This document shows, piece after piece, positions 9,075-20,863 of a DNA stretch of 64,000 nucleotides. The stretch is from the NCBI GenBank assembly GCA_034439575.1, contig JAWXAQ010000030.1, positions 1 through 64,000 of the forward strand, given 5' to 3'. A program made the translations under genes and the position numbers. The DNA comes from Leptospira sp. (GTDB lineage: Bacteria; Spirochaetota; Leptospiria; Leptospirales; Leptospiraceae). Positions within the stretch are counted from its first letter, which is position 1; each line of letters begins with the position of its first letter. Under the pieces are notes generated by a model, which was given only the letters and a program-made list of their open reading frames with translations, did not search any database and was not told the DNA's origin.

Positions 9075-9161
9075 ACTAAGATTCCCACCAAAAGCCTTCC
9101 TATCGTAAAATGCGTGACAGGGCTCAAGACTCGCGAAATCTGTATATTAAAATAGAAATAA

Positions 9162-10199
<1,038 letters not shown>

Positions 10200-10200
10200 G

Positions 10201-11391
10201 ATGAAACTTCATAAAATTGAAGACCAAAATTTCAAAGGAAAACGTATTTTCCTAAGGGTAGATTTTAATGTACCCGTTGAAGATGGCAAAGTAACTGATG
10301 TTACACGTATTGAAAAAACACTTCCAACGATAGAACTTCTCCTATCCAAAGGGGCAAGGCTCATCATTGGAAGTCATTTGGGTCGCCCGAAAGGGGGCCC
10401 AGAGCCGAAGTATTCCATGAAACCAGTGTTTGATGTATTTCAAAAATTGGTAAAAGCGAAAGTTACTTTTTCAGAACAAGTGATCGGTAGTGAAGCTGTT
10501 GCGGCAAGTAAAGCACTTGCTGACGGAGAAATCCTTCTTTTAGAAAACCTCAGATTCCATAAGGAAGAAGAAGAAAACGAAAAAGGTTTTTGTAAAAAAC
10601 TAGCCGAACTCGCAGATGTTTATGTGAACGATGCCTTTGGAGCGGCTCACAGAGCTCATGCTTCGACAGAAGGAATTGCTCGTCTGATTCCGTGTTATGC
10701 GGGACTCCTTATGAGAAAAGAAATTGAGATGCTTGGAAGTTTAGTAATGCGTCCAGCTCGCCCATTTGTGGCAATCATTGGTGGCTCTAAAGTATCTTCT
10801 AAAATTGCGATTTTAAAAAACCTCATCGATAAAGTGGATCACATCTTAATCGGTGGTGGTATGGCTTATACGTTTTTAAAATCAAGGGCAGTTCCTATTG
10901 GAAAGTCACTTTTTGAAAAAGAATTTGAATCCCAAGCCTTTCAAATCATTGACCGCGCTGGAGTGCAAGGTATCGACTTACAGATCCCAGTCGATCATAT
11001 AATTGCTGATAACTTTGCCGCTGATGCCAAATCCAAATCTGTTGACAAGATGGGTATTTTGGATGGTTGGATGGGTATGGACATTGGACCAAAAACCATT
11101 GATAATTATAGTAAGGTGATTAAAAATGCAAAAACCATCCTTTGGAATGGCCCGATGGGCGTATTCGAAATGGATAAATTTGCGAAAGGGACTATAGAGA
11201 TTGCCAAAGCGATCAGTAAGTCTGGTGCTAAGTCGGTTGTCGGTGGTGGTGATTCCATTGCCGCGATCAACAAAGCTGGTGTGGCTGATAAAATCACACA
11301 TATCTCTACAGGTGGTGGTGCTTCTTTAGAATTTTTAGAAGGAAAAACCTTACCTGGTGTTGCATGTTTACTTGTAAAGGAAGAGGATTAA
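10201..11391 (+). CDS. pgk: Phosphoglycerate kinase
   Basis: [44 protein letters not shown]. Confidence 0.98.
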   Translation: MKLHKIEDQNFKGKRIFLRVDFNVPVEDGKVTDVTRIEKTLPTIELLLSKGARLIIGSHLGRPKGGPEPKYSMKPVFDVFQKLVKAKVTFSEQVIGSEAVAASKALADGEILLLENLRFHKEEEENEKGFCKKLAELADVYVNDAFGAAHRAHASTEGIARLIPCYAGLLMRKEIEMLGSLVMRPARPFVAIIGGSKVSSKIAILKNLIDKVDHILIGGGMAYTFLKSRAVPIGKSLFEKEFESQAFQIIDRAGVQGIDLQIPVDHIIADNFAADAKSKSVDKMGILDGWMGMDIGPKTIDNYSKVIKNAKTILWNGPMGVFEMDKFAKGTIEIAKAISKSGAKSVVGGGDSIAAINKAGVADKITHISTGGGASLEFLEGKTLPGVACLLVKEED

Positions 11392-11395
11392 TCAC

Positions 11396-12148
11396 ATGAG
11401 AAGAAAGATCATAGCTGGCAATTGGAAAATGAATTTGTCACTCGCGGAAGCAAAGGCCATTGCGGTCGGCTTAAAAGAAAAGGTAAGTTCGTCATCTGCT
11501 GTTGAAGTTATGGTCTTCGCATCTTCCATTCACCTACCCGCAGTCTCTGCCATTTTAGAAGGCTCACAAGTCATAGTCGGCGCACAAAATGCTTACCCTT
11601 CCAACCTAACAGCCATGACAGGGGAAATTTGTCCAGTGCAACTCGGCGAACTCGGCATCAAAACCATACTCGTTGGTCACTCGGAACGTCGCCAATTTTT
11701 GGCTGAGACGAGTGAAATTTGCAATGAAAAGGTAAAATTTTTCTTAAACGCTGGTGTACGTGTCGTTTATTGTATCGGTGAAACTCTTGCCGAAAGAGAA
11801 GCGAATCACACTTTTAAGGTGTTAAGCGAACAAATTAAAAAAGGACTTTCTGGCATTCAAAGTGCACAATTCAAAAACTTGGTCATCGCTTATGAACCTG
11901 TTTGGGCAATTGGTACAGGAAAAGTAGCGACTCCAGAACAAGCAGAGGAAGCACATGCCTTTGTTCGGAAAGAAGTGTCGGCTTTGTTTGTTGGCGCAGA
12001 AAAAATCGCAGAGGATATGCAGATTCTTTATGGTGGTTCAGTCAAACCGGACAATATTGCATCTCTTCTCGCCAAACCAAATATAGATGGCGGCCTCGTT
12101 GGTGGTGCCAGCCAAAAACTCGATTCATTTTTAGGACTCATTAAATAA
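11396..12148 (+). CDS. tpiA: Triosephosphate isomerase
   Basis: [37 protein letters not shown]. Confidence 0.98.
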   Translation: MRRKIIAGNWKMNLSLAEAKAIAVGLKEKVSSSSAVEVMVFASSIHLPAVSAILEGSQVIVGAQNAYPSNLTAMTGEICPVQLGELGIKTILVGHSERRQFLAETSEICNEKVKFFLNAGVRVVYCIGETLAEREANHTFKVLSEQIKKGLSGIQSAQFKNLVIAYEPVWAIGTGKVATPEQAEEAHAFVRKEVSALFVGAEKIAEDMQILYGGSVKPDNIASLLAKPNIDGGLVGGASQKLDSFLGLIK

Positions 12149-12159
12149 AGGAAACAACT

Positions 12160-12492
12160 ATGGGATTTTTTATCGGAACAATTTTAACACTTTTTATTCT
12201 ACTCTCACTTTTTTTGATTTTGCTCGTGATGATCCAAACAGGAAAAGGTGGCACTTCAGGAATGTTAGGTGGTTCAACTGCGAGCCAATCAGTATTTGGT
12301 GCATCTACTGCTGACGTAATGACAAAGACTACGCGAGTGTCTGCGATTTTATTTATCGCTCTCTCACTGACTCTTTCATTTCTTTTCGCAAAGAAAGACG
12401 AAGTTCTCCTTCCAGAAGTAGAACCGACGCTTGAGACTCCCATCAATGCGAATGAAACTGTCCCACAGACAACTCCTACTCCTTCTCCTTAA
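12160..12492 (+). CDS. secG: Preprotein translocase subunit SecG
   Basis: Two TM helices with [10 protein letters not shown] and a Gly/Ser linker; conserved position after tpiA. Confidence 0.92.
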   Translation: MGFFIGTILTLFILLSLFLILLVMIQTGKGGTSGMLGGSTASQSVFGASTADVMTKTTRVSAILFIALSLTLSFLFAKKDEVLLPEVEPTLETPINANETVPQTTPTPSP

Positions 12493-13126
12493 TTCCCTTC
12501 TCTTTCTCAGTGTCGTTTCTATCCATGCGGAAGCGACACCGAATGATCGTGAAAAATCTTTAGATAAAGAAATTTTATCTCTCTATAAAGATCTTTCACG
12601 GGCAAAAGAACTTCTTGGTCAACAAAACATCATTGCTTTACCAAACAATACTACGATTAGCTTTATTGGGAAATATCCTAACCGAACAGGCATTATCATT
12701 AAAAAGTTTTTTATAGATACGGATCCTGGAAACAAAAGTAAAGTTCGTAGTTCTGAAGAAAAATCTATATTAATAGAATTTAATGGTTCTACACTTTCAA
12801 AAGTGGAAGTATCCGTGATATCCGAAGATGTTCAAACCCAACAAAAATCAAAAACAAAAATTACTGATTCCACTCCCCTTGATGATAATTTGAATGATAT
12901 GGTTTTAAGTTCCAGTGGAATTGACGGTTCAAATAAATTTCAGTTATCCGAATTGCAAAACGAAGGTTTTAAAACGGAACGCAATGATTTTAAAAAAGAT
13001 TTTTATATAAAATTTTTATTGGATTTTCATTCACAAATTTCTAGTATCATCGCCTCTCAAAAAGAAAGAGGTACGAAAAACCAACAGAATATGTTCAAAC
13101 AATTGAACGGTTCTCTCAAATATTAA
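12431..13126 (+). CDS. Exported hypothetical protein (true start probably 12446 or 12452)
   Basis: Long ORF with a signal peptide ([20 protein letters not shown]), overlapping the secG 3' end. Confidence 0.7.
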   Translation: MRLPSMRMKLSHRQLLLLLLNSLLFLSVVSIHAEATPNDREKSLDKEILSLYKDLSRAKELLGQQNIIALPNNTTISFIGKYPNRTGIIIKKFFIDTDPGNKSKVRSSEEKSILIEFNGSTLSKVEVSVISEDVQTQQKSKTKITDSTPLDDNLNDMVLSSSGIDGSNKFQLSELQNEGFKTERNDFKKDFYIKFLLDFHSQISSIIASQKERGTKNQQNMFKQLNGSLKY

Positions 13127-13166
13127 ATAAATTCTATTAAACATTACCTTTTTATAAAATATTCCA

Positions 13167-14294
13167 ATGTTATCTAGATTCAATAAAGAACCAAAGTCGA
13201 TAGAACAAATCACAGAAAAAGCACGTGAACTAGAAGCTATTTATGATGTAGTTCAAGATCCACTTGTGCTCATAGATTCAAATTTTTTAATTCAAAGAGC
13301 TAACAAAGCGACTGCGATCTTTATAAAAGATGATAATTTCAATCAAATATTAAATAAACATTGTTATCAAATTTTATACCAAAGAAATGATATATGCCCA
13401 TACTGTCCCTATGGTTCTAAAAACAATAAAGATGTAGCTCTAAAGACACCCACTTCTAGAGAAATATTTTTTAAAGTCGCTGATAAAAAACAAACATTAA
13501 ATATTGAATATTATCCTTATCCAAAAAACGAAGGTGAACATTGGATTGTTGAAAAAATTTCAGACGTCACCAAACAAAGAGAAAAGGAAGAAGAATCCTT
13601 TCGTATGCGAAATTTAGCTTCTCTCGGGATTTTAATTTCTGGAATTGCTCACGAATTAAACAATCCTTTAACCGGGATTAGTTTAACACTTCAAAACTTA
13701 AAGGCCAGTTGGCAAACTGCCGCTCCTGAACAAGTTGAAAAAAGACTTGAGATGATTAAAAACGATACATCCAGAGCGGCGATGATTGTTTCAGATATCA
13801 TCTCTTTCGCAAAGTCAGATAAAGTAAAAATTACTCTCGGTGATATAGTTGATACTATCAAACGCGCGAAGGACACAGTCACACGCCTATATCCACACTT
13901 AAGTAAAAATATTAATTGGAAATTTGAATATGATAGCGAATACCAATTTCCATTCCATCCTGCGAAAATGGAAAGATTGTTTATGAACCTATTTCGTAAT
14001 TCACTCCAAGCCTTTGATTACCGAAGTGGCGAAATTTGTGTCGATGTAAGAAAAACCAAAAACTGGATCCACATCATCGTGGAAGATGATGCAGGCGGAA
14101 TACCGGATACCATCATTCAAAAAATATTTGATCCCTTCTTTACGAATAACAAATCAGGAACAGGAACGGGTCTTGGTTTATCTATTTGTCATTCCATTGT
14201 GAAAGAGCATGATGGAAACATATCGGTAAAATCCATAGATCAGAAAACACGATTTACGATTTCATTACCTGTTGGGGATAGTGCAGAGAGCTAA
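13167..14294 (+). CDS. Cytoplasmic PAS-domain sensor histidine kinase
   Basis: PAS domain with HCY...CPYCP; H-box GIAHELNNPL; N, G1 (DDAGGI), F and G2 (GTGLGL) boxes. Confidence 0.93.
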   Translation: MLSRFNKEPKSIEQITEKARELEAIYDVVQDPLVLIDSNFLIQRANKATAIFIKDDNFNQILNKHCYQILYQRNDICPYCPYGSKNNKDVALKTPTSREIFFKVADKKQTLNIEYYPYPKNEGEHWIVEKISDVTKQREKEEESFRMRNLASLGILISGIAHELNNPLTGISLTLQNLKASWQTAAPEQVEKRLEMIKNDTSRAAMIVSDIISFAKSDKVKITLGDIVDTIKRAKDTVTRLYPHLSKNINWKFEYDSEYQFPFHPAKMERLFMNLFRNSLQAFDYRSGEICVDVRKTKNWIHIIVEDDAGGIPDTIIQKIFDPFFTNNKSGTGTGLGLSICHSIVKEHDGNISVKSIDQKTRFTISLPVGDSAES

Positions 14295-15308
14295 ATGAAA
14301 AAAAAATCTATCTTAATTGTAGAAGATATACATTCGATTAGAGAAGCAATCATTGATTTGTTATCAAACCAGTATGATGTATATGGTGCCGAAAACTATG
14401 AAGAGGCCGTTTCTCATCTAACAAATCATAAAATGGATTTAACAATAACTGATATTCGCCTTCCAGGAAAATCAGGCATTGATATAGTCAAATATATCCA
14501 AAAAGAACACCCAGCTACTTTATATGCGTTGATGACAGCTTATAACATCAATGATTATATTCATTATGCGAAAGAAATGAATATTTGGAATATTATACCA
14601 AAATATTCATTTTTGGATATTCACCTTATCGAAGTTATGGTTGAAAAGCTATTAACAAACCAAATTTTTGGAGTAGAAAAATATTTTTCAAATTCATTTA
14701 AAATTATAGAACAATGTGCCAATGATGAATTCGAAGAAGCACCACTGAATGGTGTGATTTACAAACAAATTAAATCGGACCAAGAAAGATCAATATTATG
14801 TGGAAAAATATCCAAGTATTTAATCCAATTAGGTGCACCAAAGGCTATCCAACAAGTATTAGAAGAATTAACATCAAATGCCATGATTCGTGCTCCAAGA
14901 ACAAATGATGGTGACTACAAATATCAATTTGAAATTCCTTCGCATGATATGGTTGTTGCTGTTGACAACATTCAGCTTTCACCTGACGACTATTTTACGA
15001 TTGGCTATGGCTCAACTGATACCACTCTATTTATTGTCGTTCGTGACCAATTTGGAAGTCTTAGAAAAGAAGAAATTTTACATAGACTAGATCGTCATAT
15101 CAGCGTAGACGATACAACCGGATTTCCGAAAGGATTAAGTGACAGTCATGGAAGGGGTCTATATATTTGTCGCGAAATCTCTGATCAGTTAATTTTTAAT
15201 ATAGAACCAGGCAAATGTACTGAAACCATAGCTATGATCAATCGCGAAGGTAGGTCAGGTTTTAAATCACTTTCAATCTATGAAATCCCACCTAACGGAA
15301 CCAAGTGA
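14295..15308 (+). CDS. Response regulator: REC domain plus C-terminal HATPase-like domain
   Basis: [18 protein letters not shown]-terminal [20 protein letters not shown]. Confidence 0.85.
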   Translation: MKKKSILIVEDIHSIREAIIDLLSNQYDVYGAENYEEAVSHLTNHKMDLTITDIRLPGKSGIDIVKYIQKEHPATLYALMTAYNINDYIHYAKEMNIWNIIPKYSFLDIHLIEVMVEKLLTNQIFGVEKYFSNSFKIIEQCANDEFEEAPLNGVIYKQIKSDQERSILCGKISKYLIQLGAPKAIQQVLEELTSNAMIRAPRTNDGDYKYQFEIPSHDMVVAVDNIQLSPDDYFTIGYGSTDTTLFIVVRDQFGSLRKEEILHRLDRHISVDDTTGFPKGLSDSHGRGLYICREISDQLIFNIEPGKCTETIAMINREGRSGFKSLSIYEIPPNGTK

Positions 15309-16359
15309 ATTGATAGATATCGTTTTTGGTTTCTAAATAGAATTTATCATGTTCTTTTGAAGGAAAGAATCGAATCGGAAACTCACCACTCCCTAAAACT
15401 TTGGTTTTCAATTTTTTACCCTCTTTATCTAGGAATATAATTTCTTTGTCTAGGCCATATACATAACCAGCATTAAAAGCAAAAACTGATTCATAAATCG
15501 GCCCTGGTTTAATTTTTTCCTCTTCCCATACAAGTTCATTGCTATCATAAAATAAAACTTTGTCAGGTAGATTGATTAATAATTTTTCATCATTACCTAA
15601 ACTCATATAAATTTTGTGAGGATAAAATTTTCCTAGTTCCCACTCTTCTTTTATCTTACCATTTGAATCAAGAATCATCAAATAATCTTTTTGATTCAAT
15701 GAAAAATGAACTACCATATCTATACCGTTTGGTGCCAATGAAACACTTTTAAAAAAAGAATTGGTTCTTTCTTCAGACAGATCCTTTGAATAAATCAAAT
15801 TTCCTTTTTCGTCGACTCTATAGAGTTCACCTCCAGAGAATAATACAATAGCCCCTTTACCAGTTTGATCAAAATCATAATCAGTTAAAAATCTGCCATT
15901 TAATTCACCAAGCCCAAGAGGATTTCCACTTATATCCAAAAGAAAGACGGTATTATTATCGCCCGCTAAATACAAAACTGGTGTTCCAAAATATCCTGAC
16001 CTAGGATACGAGTTGATCGGCTTTTTCCAAAAAAGTTCACCACGCTCTGAGAAAAAATTTACCTCATCACCTATCTTTTGATATTCGATATATCCGCGTG
16101 TTAATAAAGCAAAATCAATTTTATTTGGTTCTAGGTATTCGGAAAATTTTCCTGTGGCAAAAGAATAATATTTTTCAGAAATTTTGTATCCATTCAAAAC
16201 TTTAAGAGGATTCTCTCCACTTGTTGGTATTGAAGTTCCAAAGGCGCCTTGTTTATTCCAAAGCCATGATTCCTTAATTGCCATTTGCATTGGGAGTTTT
16301 AAGTCCCACAAAAAAAAGAGCAGAAAGATAAAAACAATGGTGCTAAGTAAAAATTGCAT
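15292..16359 (-). CDS. Hypothetical membrane-anchored protein, possibly a beta-propeller
   Basis: 355-aa ORF with an N-terminal TM helix and recurring D/S-x-x-G-x-x-x-W/Y segments. Confidence 0.65.
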   Translation of the reverse strand: MQFLLSTIVFIFLLFFLWDLKLPMQMAIKESWLWNKQGAFGTSIPTSGENPLKVLNGYKISEKYYSFATGKFSEYLEPNKIDFALLTRGYIEYQKIGDEVNFFSERGELFWKKPINSYPRSGYFGTPVLYLAGDNNTVFLLDISGNPLGLGELNGRFLTDYDFDQTGKGAIVLFSGGELYRVDEKGNLIYSKDLSEERTNSFFKSVSLAPNGIDMVVHFSLNQKDYLMILDSNGKIKEEWELGKFYPHKIYMSLGNDEKLLINLPDKVLFYDSNELVWEEEKIKPGPIYESVFAFNAGYVYGLDKEIIFLDKEGKKLKTKVLGSGEFPIRFFPSKEHDKFYLETKNDIYQFTWFR

Positions 16360-16366
16360 AAGTCCT

Positions 16367-17620
16367 CTATGAAATAATTTGGTTTAACAAGTACAATGCG
16401 GTATTAGAAGCATTTTCTCTAATGGTTTCCCTATTTCCAGGCAATATAAATTGGAAGGCTTGCCCCGAACCACCTTTCTTTTTTCTTCCTATCCACACTG
16501 TTCCCACTGGTTTTTCTTGACTGCCGCCATCAGGTCCTGCGATACCAGTAATCGAAAGTGTAAAGTCTGCGTTCGTAATCTTTTCTAATCCTTCAAGCAT
16601 CGCCAGGCAAGTTTCTTCACTGACTGCACCGTATGTATTTAAAATTTCAGATTTTACACCCAGTAATTTTTCTTTTTGCTCATTAGCATAAGTTAAAACT
16701 CCACCCAAAAAGTATTTACTTGAGCCTGCGAAATCTGTTATTTTTTTTCCAAGAAGTCCACCCGTACAACTCTCAGCCACCGCCAAACTAGAATTTGTGG
16801 CTAATAGAGAATTGTGATTTTCTTCGAATACATCTTTTGTACATTTATCACCATAAAATATTTCAATTCTATTAATAACTTCCTTTACCAAAGCTTCGCT
16901 AGTTGACTGAAAAATAGCCTTGATAAATCCTTTTTGTGCTGTCACACCCCATTCAAGGCCTGCTCCAACTAAATCCTTTTGTTCTCCAATAAATTCACTT
17001 TGGAATAAAGACTCACCGATATTCCAAATCCATCTAGTTTCCTGGAATAAATTTTCTTTTTGATATGTTTTTTTTAAAAATGGTAAAAGTCTACGTTGAA
17101 ACATTTCCTTCATTTCGATGGGAACACCAGGCATACAGGCAAAAAATGAATTCTTATCAAGTGATACGATAAATCCAACCGCAAGGCCGGCCGAATTTTC
17201 TAATGTGATGCTATCTTCTGGAATATAAACTTGCCGTAAAACAAGCGGTAGTATATCAGAATAGGACTTTCCTCTCGACTCATAAAACTTCTGTAATCTG
17301 AGCCTTGCTTTTTCATTTACTTCCATTTTTTTGCCCGTTAATTCAAGAGCGCATTGAAGTGTGTAATCATCTTCTGTAGCACCGAGGCCGCCTGTCATGA
17401 TCGCGAGAACTGCTTCAGATGGATTTTTGGTGGCCGTTTCTTTAATTCTAGTTAGTTCTTCCATGATCACTTTTGGATCATCTGGTAATACGATAAAATT
17501 TCTCACCTTCCAACCCATTTCAAAAAGCTGATTCGCAATCCAGCCAGAATTTGTATCAATGCTCCTACCAGCCGTTAGTTCTGAGCCGGTGGATATAATG
17601 GTTATGATAGGTTGGCTCAT
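16367..17620 (-). CDS. cinA: CinA-like protein (MoCF-biosynthesis-like domain plus NMN deamidase PncC domain)
   Basis: GSELTAG..DTN, TGGLGATEDDYT, MPGVPIEM, AVAESCTGG, SITGIAGPDGG. Confidence 0.93.
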   Translation of the reverse strand: MSQPIITIISTGSELTAGRSIDTNSGWIANQLFEMGWKVRNFIVLPDDPKVIMEELTRIKETATKNPSEAVLAIMTGGLGATEDDYTLQCALELTGKKMEVNEKARLRLQKFYESRGKSYSDILPLVLRQVYIPEDSITLENSAGLAVGFIVSLDKNSFFACMPGVPIEMKEMFQRRLLPFLKKTYQKENLFQETRWIWNIGESLFQSEFIGEQKDLVGAGLEWGVTAQKGFIKAIFQSTSEALVKEVINRIEIFYGDKCTKDVFEENHNSLLATNSSLAVAESCTGGLLGKKITDFAGSSKYFLGGVLTYANEQKEKLLGVKSEILNTYGAVSEETCLAMLEGLEKITNADFTLSITGIAGPDGGSQEKPVGTVWIGRKKKGGSGQAFQFILPGNRETIRENASNTALYLLNQIIS

Positions 17621-17622
17621 AC

Positions 17623-19395
17623 CTAAATGCCTTCTTCCTTGGACATTCTTTCAGGTGCAGAAATTCCGAGTATCTCTAAACCTTTTTGAATTGATACTTG
17701 CGACATCTTGGTTAACAGAAGTAATGTTTCCTTTTCGTCACCAGATTTTTCTTTAATCCGATTCTCTTTATTACCATAAAACTTTGTAAAACTTTTACTC
17801 AGAGCTTGAAGATAATTTGTAATTCGATGTGGTTCTAAATTTATAGCAGCATCATATATTTCTTCTGAAAATCTTGCGACCCAAAATAATAATCGTATTC
17901 TTTCTTCCGATTTCAAAAATTCAGTTTTTAAAATAAAATTTGAACTTATATTTGGTTCACCTAACTCACGAAATATAGAACAAATTCGAGCATGAGCATA
18001 TTGAATATAAAAAACAGGATTTTTTTCTGATTCATCTTTCGCCAGATCCAAATCAAAATCAAGGGGTGCATCGGCAGAACGCATTAGAAAAAAATACCTT
18101 CCCACATCCTTTGCATTTTTTCCAAGATAAGCTAGAAGATCAGTCATAGTTTGGAATATACCAAGCCTTTTACTCATTTTAACTTTTTCTTTATTTTCAA
18201 TTAAGTTTACTTGTTGAGCGATAAGAACCCTGAAACTTTCGTTAGACTTTCCATTTGATAGTATGGCTCCCTTTAAACGTGCGATATAACCATAATGATC
18301 TGGTCCCCAAATATCAATGAGTTCATCAAAGCCCCTTTCAAATTTATTAATATGATAGGCGATATCTGCCATAAGATATGTGGGTCTTCCATCCTCACGA
18401 CGAATCACCCGATCCTTATCATCTCCATAATTAGTGGAAAGAAAAAATAGTTTACCATCTTCTGTTTTTAGATCTTCCGCTTTTAATGATTTTGGAACTT
18501 GGTCTACTTTTCCTCCTTCATGTAATGTACGTTCACTAAAAAATTGATGAAAAGAAACACCAAACGAACTTAGGTCTTTCTTTTGTCTTTCCAAATTGAA
18601 TTGAACTGCAAAACTAGAAAGTATCAGAATGATTTCGTCCCAACTTTTGGAATTTATAAGATTTGTTAATTGACTTTTGCGAGTATTGTCTTCGCAATAA
18701 ATAGTTACGATATCCTTTATATACTCACCACGGTAACTTTCTTTCGGTAAAATATTGGATTCAATTAATTCATAAATGGAACGACCATCTTCTTCGTCCT
18801 GAAATGTGATAGTTTCACCAATCAATTCTTTATAACGGAGTAAGACCGCAACACCAAGTAAATTCACTTGATTGCCATAGTCGTTTACATAAAACTCTTT
18901 TTGAACTTCGTGACCAAGAGAAGACAATAAATTTGCTAAGGCATCACCATACGCCGCCGAACGAGCAGAAACGATATTCATTGGTCCTGTAGGATTTGCA
19001 GATACAAATTCTAAACATATTTTTTTAACTGCATCAGCTTTGGCAAAAATTTCTTTTGTATGAATTAGAGATTCGGAATATTTCCACAAAACATCTGTCT
19101 TGATTCTAAAATTAATAAATCCTGGTGGAGAAAAAGTAACTTCACTGAATAGTATATTATTTTTTATTTTCTCAATCAATGCTTCTGCAATTTCTTTAGG
19201 ATTTTTACCGAAACTATTTTTGTTCTCTAATGCAAATGGAGAAGAATAATCACCAAACTTCTCATCACGAGAATATTCAATTCTGATTTTCAATTCGGAA
19301 ATGTTGATTGAGGAATACGAATCCTGTAAATAGGAAGACACCGCTTCACGTAATGCTTGCAATACGCTATTTTTTAGTAGATTTTGTTGGTTCAT
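17623..19395 (-). CDS. argS: Arginine--tRNA ligase
   Basis: FGDYS, PGFINF, EFVSANPTGP, YVNDYGNQ, KMSKR, YIQYAHARICS. Confidence 0.96.
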   Translation of the reverse strand: MNQQNLLKNSVLQALREAVSSYLQDSYSSINISELKIRIEYSRDEKFGDYSSPFALENKNSFGKNPKEIAEALIEKIKNNILFSEVTFSPPGFINFRIKTDVLWKYSESLIHTKEIFAKADAVKKICLEFVSANPTGPMNIVSARSAAYGDALANLLSSLGHEVQKEFYVNDYGNQVNLLGVAVLLRYKELIGETITFQDEEDGRSIYELIESNILPKESYRGEYIKDIVTIYCEDNTRKSQLTNLINSKSWDEIILILSSFAVQFNLERQKKDLSSFGVSFHQFFSERTLHEGGKVDQVPKSLKAEDLKTEDGKLFFLSTNYGDDKDRVIRREDGRPTYLMADIAYHINKFERGFDELIDIWGPDHYGYIARLKGAILSNGKSNESFRVLIAQQVNLIENKEKVKMSKRLGIFQTMTDLLAYLGKNAKDVGRYFFLMRSADAPLDFDLDLAKDESEKNPVFYIQYAHARICSIFRELGEPNISSNFILKTEFLKSEERIRLLFWVARFSEEIYDAAINLEPHRITNYLQALSKSFTKFYGNKENRIKEKSGDEKETLLLLTKMSQVSIQKGLEILGISAPERMSKEEGI

Positions 19396-19645
19396 GATTT
19401 TCTATTTTAAATTTATTTTTTGGAAAACTTTTTTCCCACAAATCAAATGACTGGCTTTGGTATCTTTTTAAAAATTGTGGGATAGCTTCATTCTCTTTTC
19501 GAATAGTTTCTTTATTATACTGTTTAACATTTGTTAAAGATATATCGGTTCGCATTTTCCCTTCGTATTTTAGGAGCAGCTGCAGGAGAGCAAAAAATAC
19601 GGAAAACGTCATTAATAACAAAAGTGTTTTTGGAAAAGAACTCAC
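19367..19645 (-). CDS. Small membrane-anchored hypothetical protein
   Basis: 92-aa ORF with an N-terminal TM helix, overlapping both recO and argS. Confidence 0.6.
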   Translation of the reverse strand: MSSFPKTLLLLMTFSVFFALLQLLLKYEGKMRTDISLTNVKQYNKETIRKENEAIPQFLKRYQSQSFDLWEKSFPKNKFKIENHEPTKSTKK

Positions 19646-20397
19646 TTTAACGAATCTCCTATGCTTTTATAAAATTCAAAGTAAGATTTCAATTCTTGCC
19701 CTGTTATAGATCGAAAGAATTGGTTTAATATCATATCAGCCTCTCTAACAATTTCATACTTTGGATTTGTTGCTTTGACTTGGGAAAACCGATTTACAAG
19801 AATTGTATGAAAAAGACGAATCGATAACAATTGGTCTTTGGGCAATGTATGGCAATCGCTGCATTGAAACTCTCTGTTTTCTAAAGAGAAATAAGCTCCC
19901 TTCTTATTTAAAACACTCATTCCACAGGTATGGCAATAAAACTCCGTTGGGAAGTGACCTAAATTGGACATAGCTCGAAGTTTAAAAAAGGGAATCAATT
20001 CAAAGACAAAGCCTTCCTTTTCTAAAAACTCAAATGACCCCAAAAGCAATTGATACAAAAAAGCATGGCTTTCTCCTTCTGGATAAAGCACAGATATCAT
20101 CTCACAAAAATAATATAAATTCATAGTTCCTAGATATGTAGATTTAATATTGTCGAAACGATTGATAAGATTTATTTCTTTAATGGACTTCCAATCCTTT
20201 TCATTTTGATCATAATAATCAATTTCGACAAGTGAGCCTAATTCTGTAGAGGTGATTGCCCTTCTTTTGGATTTACGAATACCTTTTGAAATAAATTTTT
20301 GTCTGACAGCATTTTCCCCTGCAATGCTGATCATACGATCGCTGTCTCCAAAATCCAAACTTTGGATGATGATACCTTTTTCCTTTTTAAGCGCCAT
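19642..20397 (-). CDS. recO: DNA repair protein RecO
   Basis: GIII..DFGDSDR, KGIRKSK, zinc finger CHTC...CSDC; follows ybeY. Confidence 0.9.
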   Translation of the reverse strand: MALKKEKGIIIQSLDFGDSDRMISIAGENAVRQKFISKGIRKSKRRAITSTELGSLVEIDYYDQNEKDWKSIKEINLINRFDNIKSTYLGTMNLYYFCEMISVLYPEGESHAFLYQLLLGSFEFLEKEGFVFELIPFFKLRAMSNLGHFPTEFYCHTCGMSVLNKKGAYFSLENREFQCSDCHTLPKDQLLSIRLFHTILVNRFSQVKATNPKYEIVREADMILNQFFRSITGQELKSYFEFYKSIGDSLK

Positions 20398-20863
20398 GGC
20401 CGAATTGAAAAATTAAATCCAAACACTCATCTTCTTTTTTTCGCATAACAATAGCATCTTCTTCATTGGTTTCATGATCATAGCCTAATAAGTGCAATAC
20501 TCCATGAACCAATAATCGATAAAATTCATCTATTTCAGAATGGCCAATTTCCAAAGCTTGCCGTTTTAACGTATCTACTGAAATTACGATATCTCCGACC
20601 ATCTGATAAGGTATAGGTGGGGAAATTTGGAATAAGGGAAATGATAAAACATCCGTTGCTTTAGAAATCCCTCTTCTTTCTCTGTTGATTTTTTTCATTT
20701 CATTATCAGACACAATCAGAAGATTTAACTCTACACCTATGATAAATTCCGGTAATGTATGAATTAAAATTGTTAGCAAATTTTTATGCACTTTCGATTC
20801 TTCTAAAAAAGGTTCTTTCGAAAGATCAGAAAATAGAAGTTCGAGAGAAAGGTCCCTCTCCAT
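20387..20863 (-). CDS. ybeY: rRNA maturation factor YbeY
   Basis: [24 protein letters not shown]. Confidence 0.96.
   Translation of the reverse strand: MERDLSLELLFSDLSKEPFLEESKVHKNLLTILIHTLPEFIIGVELNLLIVSDNEMKKINRERRGISKATDVLSFPLFQISPPIPYQMVGDIVISVDTLKRQALEIGHSEIDEFYRLLVHGVLHLLGYDHETNEEDAIVMRKKEDECLDLIFQFGHGA

Noticed and set aside
8621-9079. Short overlapping ORFs of 62-68 aa
   Set aside because: They arise from GC-rich repeat DNA in several frames at once and show no protein-like features.
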